Positions 50,602 through 61,142 of a stretch of DNA of 64,000 nt are shown in pieces; position 1 is the stretch's first letter; each line of letters starts with the position of its first letter. The notes beneath the pieces were generated by a model. It did not search any database, was not told the DNA's origin, and saw nothing but the letters and a program-made list of their open reading frames with translations. The stretch is from Cyanobacteria bacterium P01_D01_bin.156 (GTDB lineage: Bacteria; Cyanobacteriota; Cyanobacteriia; Phormidesmidales; Phormidesmidaceae), in the NCBI GenBank assembly GCA_039024555.1, contig JBCCQQ010000007.1, positions 32,001 through 96,000 of the forward strand. The letters are read 5' to 3'. A program made the position numbers and the translations under genes.

Positions 50602-53391
50602 CTAACCCAGAAGACTGTTTGTTTGAGCCATGGGAAACATCACGGAGCTGCGAATGCGATTATCATCCAGCTTCTCCAAAATAAATTCTCCCCCTAGGCG
50701 ATTCATTAACGAGCGACAAATTGTCAGGTTGAGTCCCGGTGGTCTATCTAAGGGAGAATCCGCTAAATAATCATGGCGATTTCCCTGGGCAAGCGCATCG
50801 ATCAAGGTATCTTCCACATGGCCATCATCCGTAATCGATAGCTCAATCCACTGATTTTCTAAAGGACGGCTCCAAACATCCACACGTCCTTGGGCAGGGG
50901 AGCGGCGGCAGGCGGCTGAAATCAATTCGTACAGAATAAACTCGATTTTTTGCATTTCTCCCTGTAGTGCCAGATTGCTATCGCAGTGCACTTGGGTCCA
51001 CAGCTGCTTTTTTTGTACCTGGTTTTGGACCCGCTTCATTAAGCGGTTAAGCAGAGCAACTAAAGGCACTTTTCTCGGATCGGACGCCATCGCCCACCTT
51101 TCTTGCCCCGTCAGCTGCAGCATGACTTTTTCCATATTTGCCAGACGACTTTCCACGGCATGGAAGTAGGGCTGATCTCCCAGGCTGGGCTGCTGTTTAA
51201 GGTTATTTAGCTGACGCCGAGACTCTCGTACCTGGCGTCGAATATCGTCCATGTGATGGTGTTTATACCAATTCAGCTCGGTTAGCTGACTTTTTTGATC
51301 CTGTAAACGGCTGGTTAGCAGTAGATGACGACGACACCAAGCGAGCTGATGGACTAGCACAGCTAGCATGCTCATTTGTTGATCAGAAAATCGTCGATCA
51401 GCACGATCAGCCAGCAAAACGGCTCCATTGAGGGTGTGCTCTGGTGCTGTTCTCAGAGCTACAACCAGTAGCTGGGCCTGAGAAGGACAGCGCAGCCACT
51501 GCCGAGTAACATCCGGTAGATCTTCAAACTCTAGCTGAATTACCCCATCGGTTTGAATAGCCCAGTTAATGATGGCATCACTACCCACCAAGATAGGGGG
51601 CTCATTCTTAGCAAAAAACTGGTTATCACGAATTACCGAAGCTGCTAAACGGGCTTCCTCTTGACCATTTTCCCAGGTAATCAGTGTGGCTAAGGGCAGT
51701 CGTAACAGCTGGCTAATGTGGTGAATAGCAGCCTGTTCTAACTGAGTCACATCAAACGTACGCTGAAGATTACGCAATCCCCATTGCATGGTGTCGTTCA
51801 TTTGGGACTGCTGCTGCGCTTGCCTTTGAAGAAACCACTGATGTAGAACCAACCCAATTTGACGGCCTACTGACTGTAGTAGCGACTGTTCGTCGTGGTT
51901 CCAACGTCGGGTATTGGTGTCGGTAACAACCAATATGCCTTCTGGTGACTGACCTGGCGATAGGTTGCACACCATGGTTGCCTGCATGCCCATCTGCAAA
52001 AACTGAGGCCGCCATGCCCGCAGTTTGAGATCGTCATCTAAGTTTTCAATACAAATAGGAGCTGTTTGCCGAGTCAGCAACTGCCAATCGACGTCATGAA
52101 GCGAGCGCCAGGTGTCCTGGGTAGGTTTACTTTGATGGCTATGGTGCTGATAGCCCACTTCAAAACCGCTACATTCGATATCTGGCACAAGCACCAATAA
52201 CCCATCAATCTCGAGGGTGGCAATCAGTTGTTCTGCACAGCGAGCCATGACTGACTGCCAATCGCGAGCACCATAGATACTCTGGGCAATGCCAGCCGAT
52301 AGCTGATGATTCGCTTCTAAATCTGCGACCCGCTCCTGTAGAGCCGACATGGGCATCCCCAAACTGACCACTTTCGCTGCGGCCGTCAGATAGCCTTTTT
52401 CAGGCAGACTCCATTCTCGTGGTTGACTAGCTTCTACTAATAAAAAACCCAGTAGCTCACTCTGCATCAATATTGGAGCAACCATCAAGGACGGTTTATC
52501 AAAGCCCGATTTTAAGGGTTCAATAATGGCTTCTGTGTGGGAGTAAGAATCCTTACCAATGACAATGACATCACCACAGGACAAGGCTTGATAGACTTCC
52601 TGGTAGCCACTGGCTGATATCTGACTGAGAACAGAGGACTGAGTGGCATAAGCATGGCGATTGTGGCCGCCGTTGACCACCCGATGCCAAAAGTATCGTT
52701 CCTGGGGTTCAAACCAGTATCCATGGGTGCGGCTCGCCCCAATAAATCTGTTGGTAGCGTCTACGATTGCTTGCAGACGTGGTTCGAGTTCTTGAATTGC
52801 TTCAAGTCGAGTTAATAGCTGGAAAAATGGTTGGGAGGGACGCTTTTCTAGCTGTAGATCGATATTTTGCCGATGACGATACAGAATTGCTGACAGAGTA
52901 GTGAACAAGATAGCAAACGTTTTTTTGTTCACCCCGGATTTTAAGGAGGCTCCGCGACGGTTAGTCCCCAGCAGAACAATGCCTAGGCATTCTTGTTGAC
53001 GCAGGATCGGAAAAACTAGAGCATCGTGTAATCCTAGACGTTTGGCAATGGATTTCCATTCACCGGCACGGTAGGATTCTTGCAAATCGTAAACAGCGGC
53101 AGGTGCGCCCCGCTCAATTACCTGCTGAATTGCATCGTCAGGCTGAACCTGAATTTTTTGCCATAGAAAATTCTTGTCACTGGCTGATTTGGCCAACAGG
53201 GTAGACAAGCTTTGGTCTTCTGCCTCGTATAAACCGATCCAGGTCAGCTCATGGGGGAACAGCTGATGCATATAGCTGACCATTTCCTGCAGTTGGTCAT
53301 CGATGTTGTCCTGCTCCCAAACGTTCTTGAGAACCTGGCCGAGGGTCGCCAGATGTTGTTCACACGTTGATGGGGGGACAGGACTGACCAT
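50602..53391 (-). CDS. Multi-GAF protein with degenerate histidine-kinase-like C-terminus
   Basis: About four GAF-like repeats. HATPase-like ELSITDDG and PPGLNL.IC..LM..LGG, with non-canonical H- and N-boxes. Confidence 0.82.
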   Translation of the reverse strand: MVSPVPPSTCEQHLATLGQVLKNVWEQDNIDDQLQEMVSYMHQLFPHELTWIGLYEAEDQSLSTLLAKSASDKNFLWQKIQVQPDDAIQQVIERGAPAAVYDLQESYRAGEWKSIAKRLGLHDALVFPILRQQECLGIVLLGTNRRGASLKSGVNKKTFAILFTTLSAILYRHRQNIDLQLEKRPSQPFFQLLTRLEAIQELEPRLQAIVDATNRFIGASRTHGYWFEPQERYFWHRVVNGGHNRHAYATQSSVLSQISASGYQEVYQALSCGDVIVIGKDSYSHTEAIIEPLKSGFDKPSLMVAPILMQSELLGFLLVEASQPREWSLPEKGYLTAAAKVVSLGMPMSALQERVADLEANHQLSAGIAQSIYGARDWQSVMARCAEQLIATLEIDGLLVLVPDIECSGFEVGYQHHSHQSKPTQDTWRSLHDVDWQLLTRQTAPICIENLDDDLKLRAWRPQFLQMGMQATMVCNLSPGQSPEGILVVTDTNTRRWNHDEQSLLQSVGRQIGLVLHQWFLQRQAQQQSQMNDTMQWGLRNLQRTFDVTQLEQAAIHHISQLLRLPLATLITWENGQEEARLAASVIRDNQFFAKNEPPILVGSDAIINWAIQTDGVIQLEFEDLPDVTRQWLRCPSQAQLLVVALRTAPEHTLNGAVLLADRADRRFSDQQMSMLAVLVHQLAWCRRHLLLTSRLQDQKSQLTELNWYKHHHMDDIRRQVRESRRQLNNLKQQPSLGDQPYFHAVESRLANMEKVMLQLTGQERWAMASDPRKVPLVALLNRLMKRVQNQVQKKQLWTQVHCDSNLALQGEMQKIEFILYELISAACRRSPAQGRVDVWSRPLENQWIELSITDDGHVEDTLIDALAQGNRHDYLADSPLDRPPGLNLTICRSLMNRLGGEFILEKLDDNRIRSSVMFPMAQTNSLLG

Positions 53392-53786
53392 AAAAATTCA
53401 GGAATCTTAAATCAGGCCAATGCCTGGATAAGCAATCAAAACATAGATTAGGCTAGCCTAGCTCATGGGATGATGCCAGTCGTACTACCTTTTTGAGATA
53501 TAACATGGCAAATGTGGGAGTATGCCCAAAATAGGCTTAAAGCAACCTTTGTAAAATCAGGAAGCGTTCGCTTTAGCTTTGCAAGTTTGCCAAACATGTC
53601 TCTGTGGCTAAAAAGATAAGCTTTCAAGCAACTCTAATGTTTATTAATGAGCAGCTACAGGATTATCGTTGATAAGCTATGGGTCCCATAATTTATAGCA
53701 GTAATTGTCCTAACTAGTTGATATCACCTAACCAAATCGGTGAAGGGGCAGCTGCTTACCATTGAGCGATATAATCCACAGGGCCA

Positions 53787-54950
53787 TTGGGGATAGCTGT
53801 GCTGCAAGACATCTACAAATTTAGCTGGTTACCATTGCTATTTCAGCGCTTGAATGCTGATCCTGAAAAAGTGCATGGACAAACCATCGAGGCATTGGCC
53901 TGGATAGGGCAGTCTCCCCTGGCAGCCCCCTGGTGGAGTCAGCCTGCTCGACGTTTTGCTCAAGCTTGGTGTCAGAATAGCTTTCAGATAGCCTCTCCTC
54001 GTCTGAGTCAAACCCTTTGGCAAAAGACTTTTGCTAACCCTCTAGGTTTGGCAGCGGGTTTTGATAAAGATGGTGTGGCTGCAGCCAGCTGGTCGCTGAT
54101 GGGGTTTGGATTTGCTGAACTAGGTACAGTGACCTGTCAGGCCCAGCCCGGGAATCCTCAACCGCGTCTGTTTCGACTGCCCCAAGACCAAGCAGCACTC
54201 AATCGCATGGGGTTTAATAATCGCGGGTCTGCTGCTCTGGCTGAACGGCTAAAGCCGCTACCGTTGTCGGCGGATTTTCCTAGGGGAATCAATTTAGGAA
54301 AGTCTAAGGTGACGCCTCTGGACCAGGCTGCGGGAGATTATCTGAAAAGTTTTCAGAGGTTACAGGGTCTGGGCGATTATTTTGTGGTTAATGTGTCTTC
54401 CCCGAATACGCCGGGATTGCGATCGCTCCAGACCCGCTCCCAACTAGAACCTATCCTAGCGACTCTACAGACCGCTAATACCCAGCGAAAACCACTGCTG
54501 ATAAAAATTGCACCCGATCTGGCTTGGGAAGACATCGACGACATTCTAGAGCTCGCTCAACAGCATCACCTAGCAGGCATCATTGCGACCAACACCACCA
54601 TTGCTAAGGAGCAATTAGCCACCAAGCGATTGGATAAGACTGGCAATCTGGTGGCTGATGAAGCTGGAGGCATTAGCGGTGCTCCTGTGCGACAGCGTTC
54701 CACAGAGGTTATTCGCCATATCCACAAAAAGACTCAAGGGCAGCTACCTATCGTAGGTGTAGGCGGCATTTTCACCGCCGATGATGCCTGGGGAAAAATT
54801 ACTGCTGGAGCTTCCCTGCTACAGGTTTACACCGGCTGGGTGTATGAAGGCCCATGGATGGTGAAGACTATCTTGAAAGGCTTGTTACAAAAGCTAGATG
54901 AACACGGCCTAGATAACATTCAGGATGCCATCGGCTTGGATAACCTCTAG
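53787..54950 (+). CDS. pyrD: Quinone-dependent dihydroorotate dehydrogenase
   Basis: NPLGLAAGFDK, QPGNP.PRLFRL, LNRMGFNN, VNVSSPNTPGLR, KIAPD and GGISG. The exact start (TTG 53787 or GTG 53799) is uncertain. Confidence 0.96.
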   Translation: MGIAVLQDIYKFSWLPLLFQRLNADPEKVHGQTIEALAWIGQSPLAAPWWSQPARRFAQAWCQNSFQIASPRLSQTLWQKTFANPLGLAAGFDKDGVAAASWSLMGFGFAELGTVTCQAQPGNPQPRLFRLPQDQAALNRMGFNNRGSAALAERLKPLPLSADFPRGINLGKSKVTPLDQAAGDYLKSFQRLQGLGDYFVVNVSSPNTPGLRSLQTRSQLEPILATLQTANTQRKPLLIKIAPDLAWEDIDDILELAQQHHLAGIIATNTTIAKEQLATKRLDKTGNLVADEAGGISGAPVRQRSTEVIRHIHKKTQGQLPIVGVGGIFTADDAWGKITAGASLLQVYTGWVYEGPWMVKTILKGLLQKLDEHGLDNIQDAIGLDNL

Positions 54951-55099
54951 CACTGGGTTTAGGTATGAAACCCAACAATTAAAAGTATCTCGATGCTATC
55001 AAGATAAAAAATAACCATCCCAACAGCTGAAAGTTTCAGGATGTTGGGTTAAGGATAATTTTGCCAAATGCCGTAAGCCCTGTATAAGTTCAACGCAAC

Positions 55100-55924
55100 C
55101 TACAGAAGTTTGTCCAATCCATATAGCAAGGATTTTAGGGGCAAAATTTTACGGATACACAGCAGTACACCAGGCATAAAACACACGCGGTCCATGGCAT
55201 CGTGGCGCAGGGTATAGACCTGACCTGGGGCACCAAACATAATTTCCTGATGAGCCACCAACCCCGGTAGACGCACACTGTGGATATTAATCTCTGCTTC
55301 GGTGGTACCGCCCCGTGCCCCCTTTAAACTTTCTGTTTCCTCCACCTGGGATGGATTAAAGGATTGTTTCACTTCCTGCAGCATCTGAGCTGTCTTGACC
55401 GCCGTGCCGCTGGGGGCATCTGCCTTACGATTATGATGCAGCTCAATAATTTCCACATGATCAAAATACTCAGCCGCTTTCAGTGCCGCCTGCTGCATCA
55501 AGATTACTCCAATGGCAAAGTTAGGAATTATTAGGCAGCCCACGCTAGCCTTTTCTGCAAATTCCGCCAGTTCAATAATTTGTTCCGGTGTTAACCCGGT
55601 CGTACCTACTACTGGACGTACCCCATAGGCAATGGCTGCCCGCACCTGCTCATAGATTTTGGCAGGGTGGGTGACATCCACCATGACCGCATTACCTTCG
55701 CTTTGGGCCATTACTAGGGTTGCTTCTAAATCCATCGTCACCGGCACCTCTAGAGGTCCACAGCCAGCGATTTCGCCAATATCTTGGCCAACGGCCTCCG
55801 GTTTACGATCCACGGCACCGACCAATTTCATATCTTCGGCAGTTGCGATCGCCTTAACAATTTCACGACCCATTCTGCCCATAGCACCATTAACCACGAC
55901 AGGAATTTGGGGCTGACTGCTCAT
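55100..55924 (-). CDS. dapB: 4-hydroxy-tetrahydrodipicolinate reductase
   Basis: [36 protein letters not shown] and HSVRLPG. Confidence 0.97.
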   Translation of the reverse strand: MSSQPQIPVVVNGAMGRMGREIVKAIATAEDMKLVGAVDRKPEAVGQDIGEIAGCGPLEVPVTMDLEATLVMAQSEGNAVMVDVTHPAKIYEQVRAAIAYGVRPVVGTTGLTPEQIIELAEFAEKASVGCLIIPNFAIGVILMQQAALKAAEYFDHVEIIELHHNRKADAPSGTAVKTAQMLQEVKQSFNPSQVEETESLKGARGGTTEAEINIHSVRLPGLVAHQEIMFGAPGQVYTLRHDAMDRVCFMPGVLLCIRKILPLKSLLYGLDKLL

Positions 55925-56333
55925 AACTCTTCTGGTACGGGAGTACAGTCAGATATCTTACAACCGGACTACGTAACTTTGAGTTTTAAGTTCTGGATTT
56001 TCAGCTATCTAAGCAGATTGATTAGACCTTAGCGATCTCAAAGCCATAGTTTCAAAATCAAAACTTCAGCTGCTAGTGATTTAGGAAACAAAACAATTTG
56101 TAGCCACTTTCAAGGTGCAGAAGTTAATAGCTAAGAGCATCCCAAGGATCAGCAACACTTAACTCAATATTCAAAATTCCCTTATCGGCTTCTTATCGTT
56201 AATAATTAAACCTGCACTGCTGATTTCAGCCAAAACCAACATCAGAAATCCTGGCACGTATCCATCGATTTCAGCTTGGTTTAACCCATAAATCAGTGTG
56301 GGCAATATGTTCATCTTGCCAGGGTCGAAGCGG

Positions 56334-57251
56334 ATGCTAGCAAATCTATTAGCGATTGTGGTTGGCTTAGGGAGCCTAGGATTTTATCTAGTGGCATTTA
56401 TCCTGCCCGAAGTCCATCGTCGGTCCGACTTTTTCTGGAGCGGTGTCGGCATGTTCTATGCCGTGGTGCTCTGGTCCTGTGCCAGACAGATGCAAGGGGC
56501 CGTATTACTGGGCCAAACCGCATCAGTCGGTTTGGTCCTATGGCTAGGCTATCAAACGCTTCTATTACGACGGGAGACCACACCAACTGCTCAGCAAACT
56601 CCGATCCGGTTAGGTAAAGGTGAGCGTAGTCGCACAGCTAGCCGTCCCATTGCTAAAGACTATGAATTTGTAGAAGACGGTGTTGAGGATGCCATTGAGG
56701 AAGAAGAAGATCCAGATGCTCCTGTACTGATTAAATCGACAGCAGACGAATTTGCGCCCAAAATTGTTGTTCCTGCAGCAATTCTCCAAACTACTGCTAA
56801 GACAGGTTCTACACAAGAAAACATTCCAGATTCTCCACCTGTTCTAGAAACATCCACTCCACCAAAATCAGCTAAAAAGCACGAAAGGCCTAATCCTGTT
56901 GCTGCCGTTGGCATTCTAGTTAATTGGATTAAAGAAGTAGCCACTCCAAATAAAAAAGAGCCTCAACCCATGATTGAGCTACCACCCAGGCCACCGTCTA
57001 TCCCTAAAAAAGAACAAATTACAGAAACAATCACTCCGAAAGACAATGAGCCTTCCTCATTGGAGGATAAACCGTTATCAACAACAGAAGCAGGAAATAC
57101 ACCATCTGCATTATTGACTGATAAGGAATCATACAAGGGGTCTGAAGCCGACAATAGCCATACCGGCCCTGATGCTGTATCTCCCACAGTGACCAAACCA
57201 ACAGAGCAAGAAGAAGATAGCAACTGGCCGGATGATGAATTTTGGGAGTAA
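56334..57251 (+). CDS. ycf66: Ycf66-family protein with long disordered C-terminus
   Basis: PEVHR..DFFWSGVG.FYA..LW, LLGQTA.V.L..WLG.QTL.LRR and a Pro/Glu/Thr-rich tail. Confidence 0.82.
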   Translation: MLANLLAIVVGLGSLGFYLVAFILPEVHRRSDFFWSGVGMFYAVVLWSCARQMQGAVLLGQTASVGLVLWLGYQTLLLRRETTPTAQQTPIRLGKGERSRTASRPIAKDYEFVEDGVEDAIEEEEDPDAPVLIKSTADEFAPKIVVPAAILQTTAKTGSTQENIPDSPPVLETSTPPKSAKKHERPNPVAAVGILVNWIKEVATPNKKEPQPMIELPPRPPSIPKKEQITETITPKDNEPSSLEDKPLSTTEAGNTPSALLTDKESYKGSEADNSHTGPDAVSPTVTKPTEQEEDSNWPDDEFWE

Positions 57252-57257
57252 CTTTTT

Positions 57258-57375
57258 ATGGTGTCTTATACCAGTGGTTGTCAATGTGGCAAAACTCGCT
57301 ACGAGATTCAGGCAGAGGCGCTAACACTTGATACTTGCACTGTATCGAAAGCCAAAAACAATCCTCTAGAGCTCT
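57258..57375 (+). pseudogene. Frameshifted N-terminal remnant of a GFA (CENP-V-like Zn) family gene
   Basis: MVSYTSGCQCGKTRYEIQAEALTLDTC, then a 1-bp deletion near 57338 shifts HCIESQKQSSRA into another frame. The family pattern is G.C.CG.(V/I)RY...C.C..C.K. Confidence 0.75.
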
Positions 57376-57423
57376 CTAAAGAGTTTGAAGAGATTTATAA
57401 GAGATATCAACGAAGCAGATAAG

Positions 57424-57478
57424 GAATCGACAATTTAATAACGCCCATAATATCGATACATTATTAAATTGTCGATTC
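57424..57478. repeat. Perfect 18-bp inverted repeat with 19-nt spacer
   Basis: GAATCGACAATTTAATAA (57424-57441) pairs with TTATTAAATTGTCGATTC (57461-57478). Confidence 0.8.
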
Positions 57479-57900
57479 TAAGCCTCTTGTGAGCGCGAAG
57501 TATATTTTCCAAGCTAATGAAGTGCCCGATTAACTAAATGCCCATGCAATCAACATTTCAAACCTTATCATTTTTGAGAATCCCTCAATCTTGAAAACTG
57601 TGGGTTTGAATCCATTCTCTTTTAGGGATAAATAAAATAGAATCATTGTTATCTAATAGCCAATGAGCCTTATCTTGTAGCAAATCTGCATTCACACGAA
57701 GAATGACGTTACAGAATCTATTTCATAGAAACATCTTGTTTTTATAAAGTTTTACAGGTGTTCAAAAAGATATGGGTGATAGCCCTAAGGGTTAAAATAC
57801 CGCGTCAAATGACCTTGTTCTCAGTATTTTCTCTAATTATAGTCAGATTTATTTATGGGCACAATTAGCCAATAAGACTGAGGAAGAAAAATCAAGAATT

Positions 57901-59073
57901 ATGGGAGCTGCGGTCGCCATATCAAACACCCTTGTTTCCGAGCTAGATAAGAAAATGCAGCTAGCGAAAGAGGAACAACTAACGGGCGTACTGTCGTTTA
58001 AACGTGAAGATACTCCCCAGTGGCGTCTATATTTCTTAGCAGGTCAGCTTGCATGGGCAAGTACACGCACTCATGCAAGGCGTCGTTGGTATCGCCAGCT
58101 GCTCAAGTATCGGCCGGATTTAATTAGATATGGACTCAGTGCCTACCCTGACTGGACCTATAACCGATTGGCTCGATTAGTTGTTTGCAAGAAATTTAAT
58201 CGAGAAATTTTTTCGGATATTGTGTCTGGCTACATTGCAGAAGTACTGTTTGATCTACAACGACAGGGCAGTTTAACTCTACAACAGACTGGAAAGAGGC
58301 TCAATTATCGTATTAAGGCCCATAAAGCCTGTGATTTTCCCTACATTAACCTTCAAAATATACGCATCTGGTCCGAAGCAAAAGATAGTTGGCAAGCATG
58401 GGAACAAGCTAACCTCACCCAGATAAACCCTAACGATGCTCTGATAATACAAGATATTGCATCTCTCGAAGACTCGGCATCACCACGACTCTTTGATGTG
58501 TTGAGTACGATAGCTGATGGCAACCAAACACTGCAAGATATTGCATTGCGAATAAATCAGCCACTGATTACTTTTGTTTCGTCAATTTTACCTCTTGTGT
58601 GCAATAAAGCCTTAACGCTCAAGCCTGTGGGAGATGAGATCGCTAGGCCCCTTAACGCCACCAAAGATGACATCGCTATTAAGCTATCGCAGGCGATTAT
58701 CCCTAGAGATGGCAGGATGATCTATGTGGATAACAGTCTGGCCAACAGTCAGAGAATGGGAACCATTGTGCAATCTGCAGGCTATCGTTATACCAATGTT
58801 GCTGACCCGCTAGCAGTTTTGAAACAGATACAAAAACTAAAGCCTAAGCTGATTTTTTTGCAAGCAAATATGCCCGTGGTAACTGGATATGAGCTATGTA
58901 CTCAAATTCGTCGGATGCCGGATTTTAAGGAGACTCCAATTGTCATGGTGGGTAATAGCAATGGAGTCACTGAACGGATGCGGGCTAAGTTAGCAGGAGC
59001 CTCAGATTTTTTGAATAAACCGTTCAAACCGAAAACGGTTCTCCAAACGCTAATTTCTCTCGGAATGATTTGA
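57901..59073 (+). CDS. Orphan PatA-family regulator with pseudo-receiver domain
   Basis: PATAN-like LTG.L..., WRLYFLAGQLAW. The receiver reads YVDNS and LIFLQANMP, with Gln at the phospho-Asp position. Confidence 0.88.
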   Translation: MGAAVAISNTLVSELDKKMQLAKEEQLTGVLSFKREDTPQWRLYFLAGQLAWASTRTHARRRWYRQLLKYRPDLIRYGLSAYPDWTYNRLARLVVCKKFNREIFSDIVSGYIAEVLFDLQRQGSLTLQQTGKRLNYRIKAHKACDFPYINLQNIRIWSEAKDSWQAWEQANLTQINPNDALIIQDIASLEDSASPRLFDVLSTIADGNQTLQDIALRINQPLITFVSSILPLVCNKALTLKPVGDEIARPLNATKDDIAIKLSQAIIPRDGRMIYVDNSLANSQRMGTIVQSAGYRYTNVADPLAVLKQIQKLKPKLIFLQANMPVVTGYELCTQIRRMPDFKETPIVMVGNSNGVTERMRAKLAGASDFLNKPFKPKTVLQTLISLGMI

Positions 59074-59327
59074 TGCTTATTATCCAAACACTTGCGCATC
59101 ATTTAGCTACAACTTGAGCCAAATAGAGCTCCTTGTATAAGAACGAGCCATCATTTTTCTTCCAAATTATAAAAACATTTATTTTACTAAACGGTTTAGT
59201 AAAATAAATGCTATGCTGGACAAACTGCTTGATTAACGCAATTAATCTCTCTTTAAATCTGTTGGAGTCTCAGGGGGTAGTGCCTATGCAATGGTGTCCC
59301 TTGCTCCTTACAAACTATGGAGTCATT

Positions 59328-60926
59328 ATGCTAAATCGTTTTCAAATAAGTCGTGGAATCAGGTTCTTTGGTCTTGCGCTAGCAGTAGGGCTAATGCAGT
59401 TTCTGTTATTGGCTACACCTGGCTATGGTAGTGGGCGGGTCTACGCAAGCTTCGGACCACTTGAGAGGTCCGTCTCAGTGGCTGACTTATTTAACTATGC
59501 TCGCACGGGAGAGCTCCCTAAAGAGTTACAAATTCTGCGTCGATTCCTATCTTCTGATCAATTAGAGCGTCTGCGAGCAGGGCTTTCTGTTAGTGCTGAC
59601 ATAGATGTAGTGACTGTTTCTCAATTTCTTTATACAACTCAAGGGGAAGAGATTTTACAGTGGTTGGGCAATCTTATTCAAACGGAAGGACGACAGAACG
59701 GAGCACTGGCCTTTCGAGGCGCTACGATTTTAGCAGCGGCGGATCCTGATGGTGGCCTAAATGTACTGAATATTCTCAAGCATTTTCCAACCCAGGGAGT
59801 ACGGGTCGATTTAGGAAACTTTTTAAGCGTGGCTAGGGTAGTTATCAATGAAGTTAATGACACACAGGCAGTAACAGCCCAGATTTTTGAACAGGTTGAA
59901 GCGACTGACAATGACGCGAACTTAGTAGTACCTGATTTAGCTGCTCAAGGGCCCAATAGCTTTGATTTAGTCACCCTCCAACAAACGACATTGCCTACCG
60001 ATCTTTATCTACCTGTAGGAGAGAAGCTTCCCCTTGTAGTACTTTCCCACGGGCTTGGTGGAAACCGTTCAACTCTAGCATATCTGGCCGAGCATCTAGC
60101 TTCCTATGGTTTTGCTGTTGCTGTTGTTGAGCATCCCGGTAGCAGTGAAGAACAAATTAGCGAGTTACTGAGCGGTCAGGTGGGTGAAGCGGTTGAACCG
60201 GAGGAGATGGTCCGGCGACCTGTAGATGTTCAGCTATTGTTGGATGAATTAGAGGCCCTGGATCAAAATGAATCGGTTTTACGTAACCGTTTGGATTTTC
60301 AACACGTGGGTATAGTAGGGCACTCTATGGGAGCATACACAACGCTGGCTCTAGCTGGAGCAACTGTTAATCTAGATAGCCTAGAGGAGAGTTGCCCACC
60401 TCAGATTAATCAGCTAAATCTGTCATTGTTACTACAGTGTTTGGTACTGTCGCTACCCCAACCTTTACCTGTATTACAGGATGAACGAGTACAGGCTGCG
60501 ATCGCAATCAATGCCCTCGGTAGTGATGTATTCAGCCCTACTGGTATGGGCAATATCAAGGTTCCTACCATGATTGTCTCAGGCAGTGCCGATACGGTTA
60601 CTCCAGCCCTAGCTGAACAAATACGCCCATTTACCTGGCTTAGTAATTCAGAAGGCTACCTGTTATTAATGCGAGGGGGAACTCACTTCTCTGCAATCTA
60701 TGATGCGCAACCAGATGGAGAATCCATGGCATTACCAGATGAAGCTATTGGCCCCAACCCTCAGCTCGCACAGGACTATATTAAAGCGATGGGCGTAGCA
60801 TTTCTCAAAACCTATTTAACAGAGGATGAAGCCTATCGTCAGTATTTGGACCCAGTCTACACAACAGGACTGAGCCAGGCTGAATTACCCATGGTGTTAA
60901 CAAACAATGTCACCATTGAAAATTAG
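59328..60926 (+). CDS. DUF1400 + alpha/beta hydrolase (dienelactone-hydrolase-like)
   Basis: Signal peptide, ERSVSV.DL, VVLSHGLG, HLASYGFAV..EHPGS, GHSMG, DTVTP and GTHFS. ATG 59328 follows GGAG. Confidence 0.9.
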   Translation: MLNRFQISRGIRFFGLALAVGLMQFLLLATPGYGSGRVYASFGPLERSVSVADLFNYARTGELPKELQILRRFLSSDQLERLRAGLSVSADIDVVTVSQFLYTTQGEEILQWLGNLIQTEGRQNGALAFRGATILAAADPDGGLNVLNILKHFPTQGVRVDLGNFLSVARVVINEVNDTQAVTAQIFEQVEATDNDANLVVPDLAAQGPNSFDLVTLQQTTLPTDLYLPVGEKLPLVVLSHGLGGNRSTLAYLAEHLASYGFAVAVVEHPGSSEEQISELLSGQVGEAVEPEEMVRRPVDVQLLLDELEALDQNESVLRNRLDFQHVGIVGHSMGAYTTLALAGATVNLDSLEESCPPQINQLNLSLLLQCLVLSLPQPLPVLQDERVQAAIAINALGSDVFSPTGMGNIKVPTMIVSGSADTVTPALAEQIRPFTWLSNSEGYLLLMRGGTHFSAIYDAQPDGESMALPDEAIGPNPQLAQDYIKAMGVAFLKTYLTEDEAYRQYLDPVYTTGLSQAELPMVLTNNVTIEN

Positions 60927-61060
60927 ATGTAGCACCATACTTATTATAGAAACATCCAAACAGAGAATTTCAATGCGCTGCTAGATGTTTACCCCAAAAA
61001 CTTTAGTCTGTCCGTGGATTTCCTTATATCTCTTCTGACACAAGAATCCTATCTAACTCA

Positions 61061-61089
61061 AAAGCCTCCGCTGTAATAACGGAGGCTTT
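61061..61089. terminator. Bidirectional terminator-like hairpin
   Basis: AAAGCCTCCG pairs with CGGAGGCTTT around a 9-nt loop, between convergent genes. Confidence 0.75.
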
Positions 61090-61142
61090 CTGAGAAACAA
61101 CTTTGTAATATCTTATACAAAGTTTCCCAATGTTACGAAATT

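Noticed and set aside
61104..61119. TGTA-N8-TACA, a perfect NtcA-box match
   Set aside because: It lies downstream of two convergent genes, has no properly spaced TAN3T -10 box on either strand, and is part of a longer inverted repeat better explained as a 3' hairpin.
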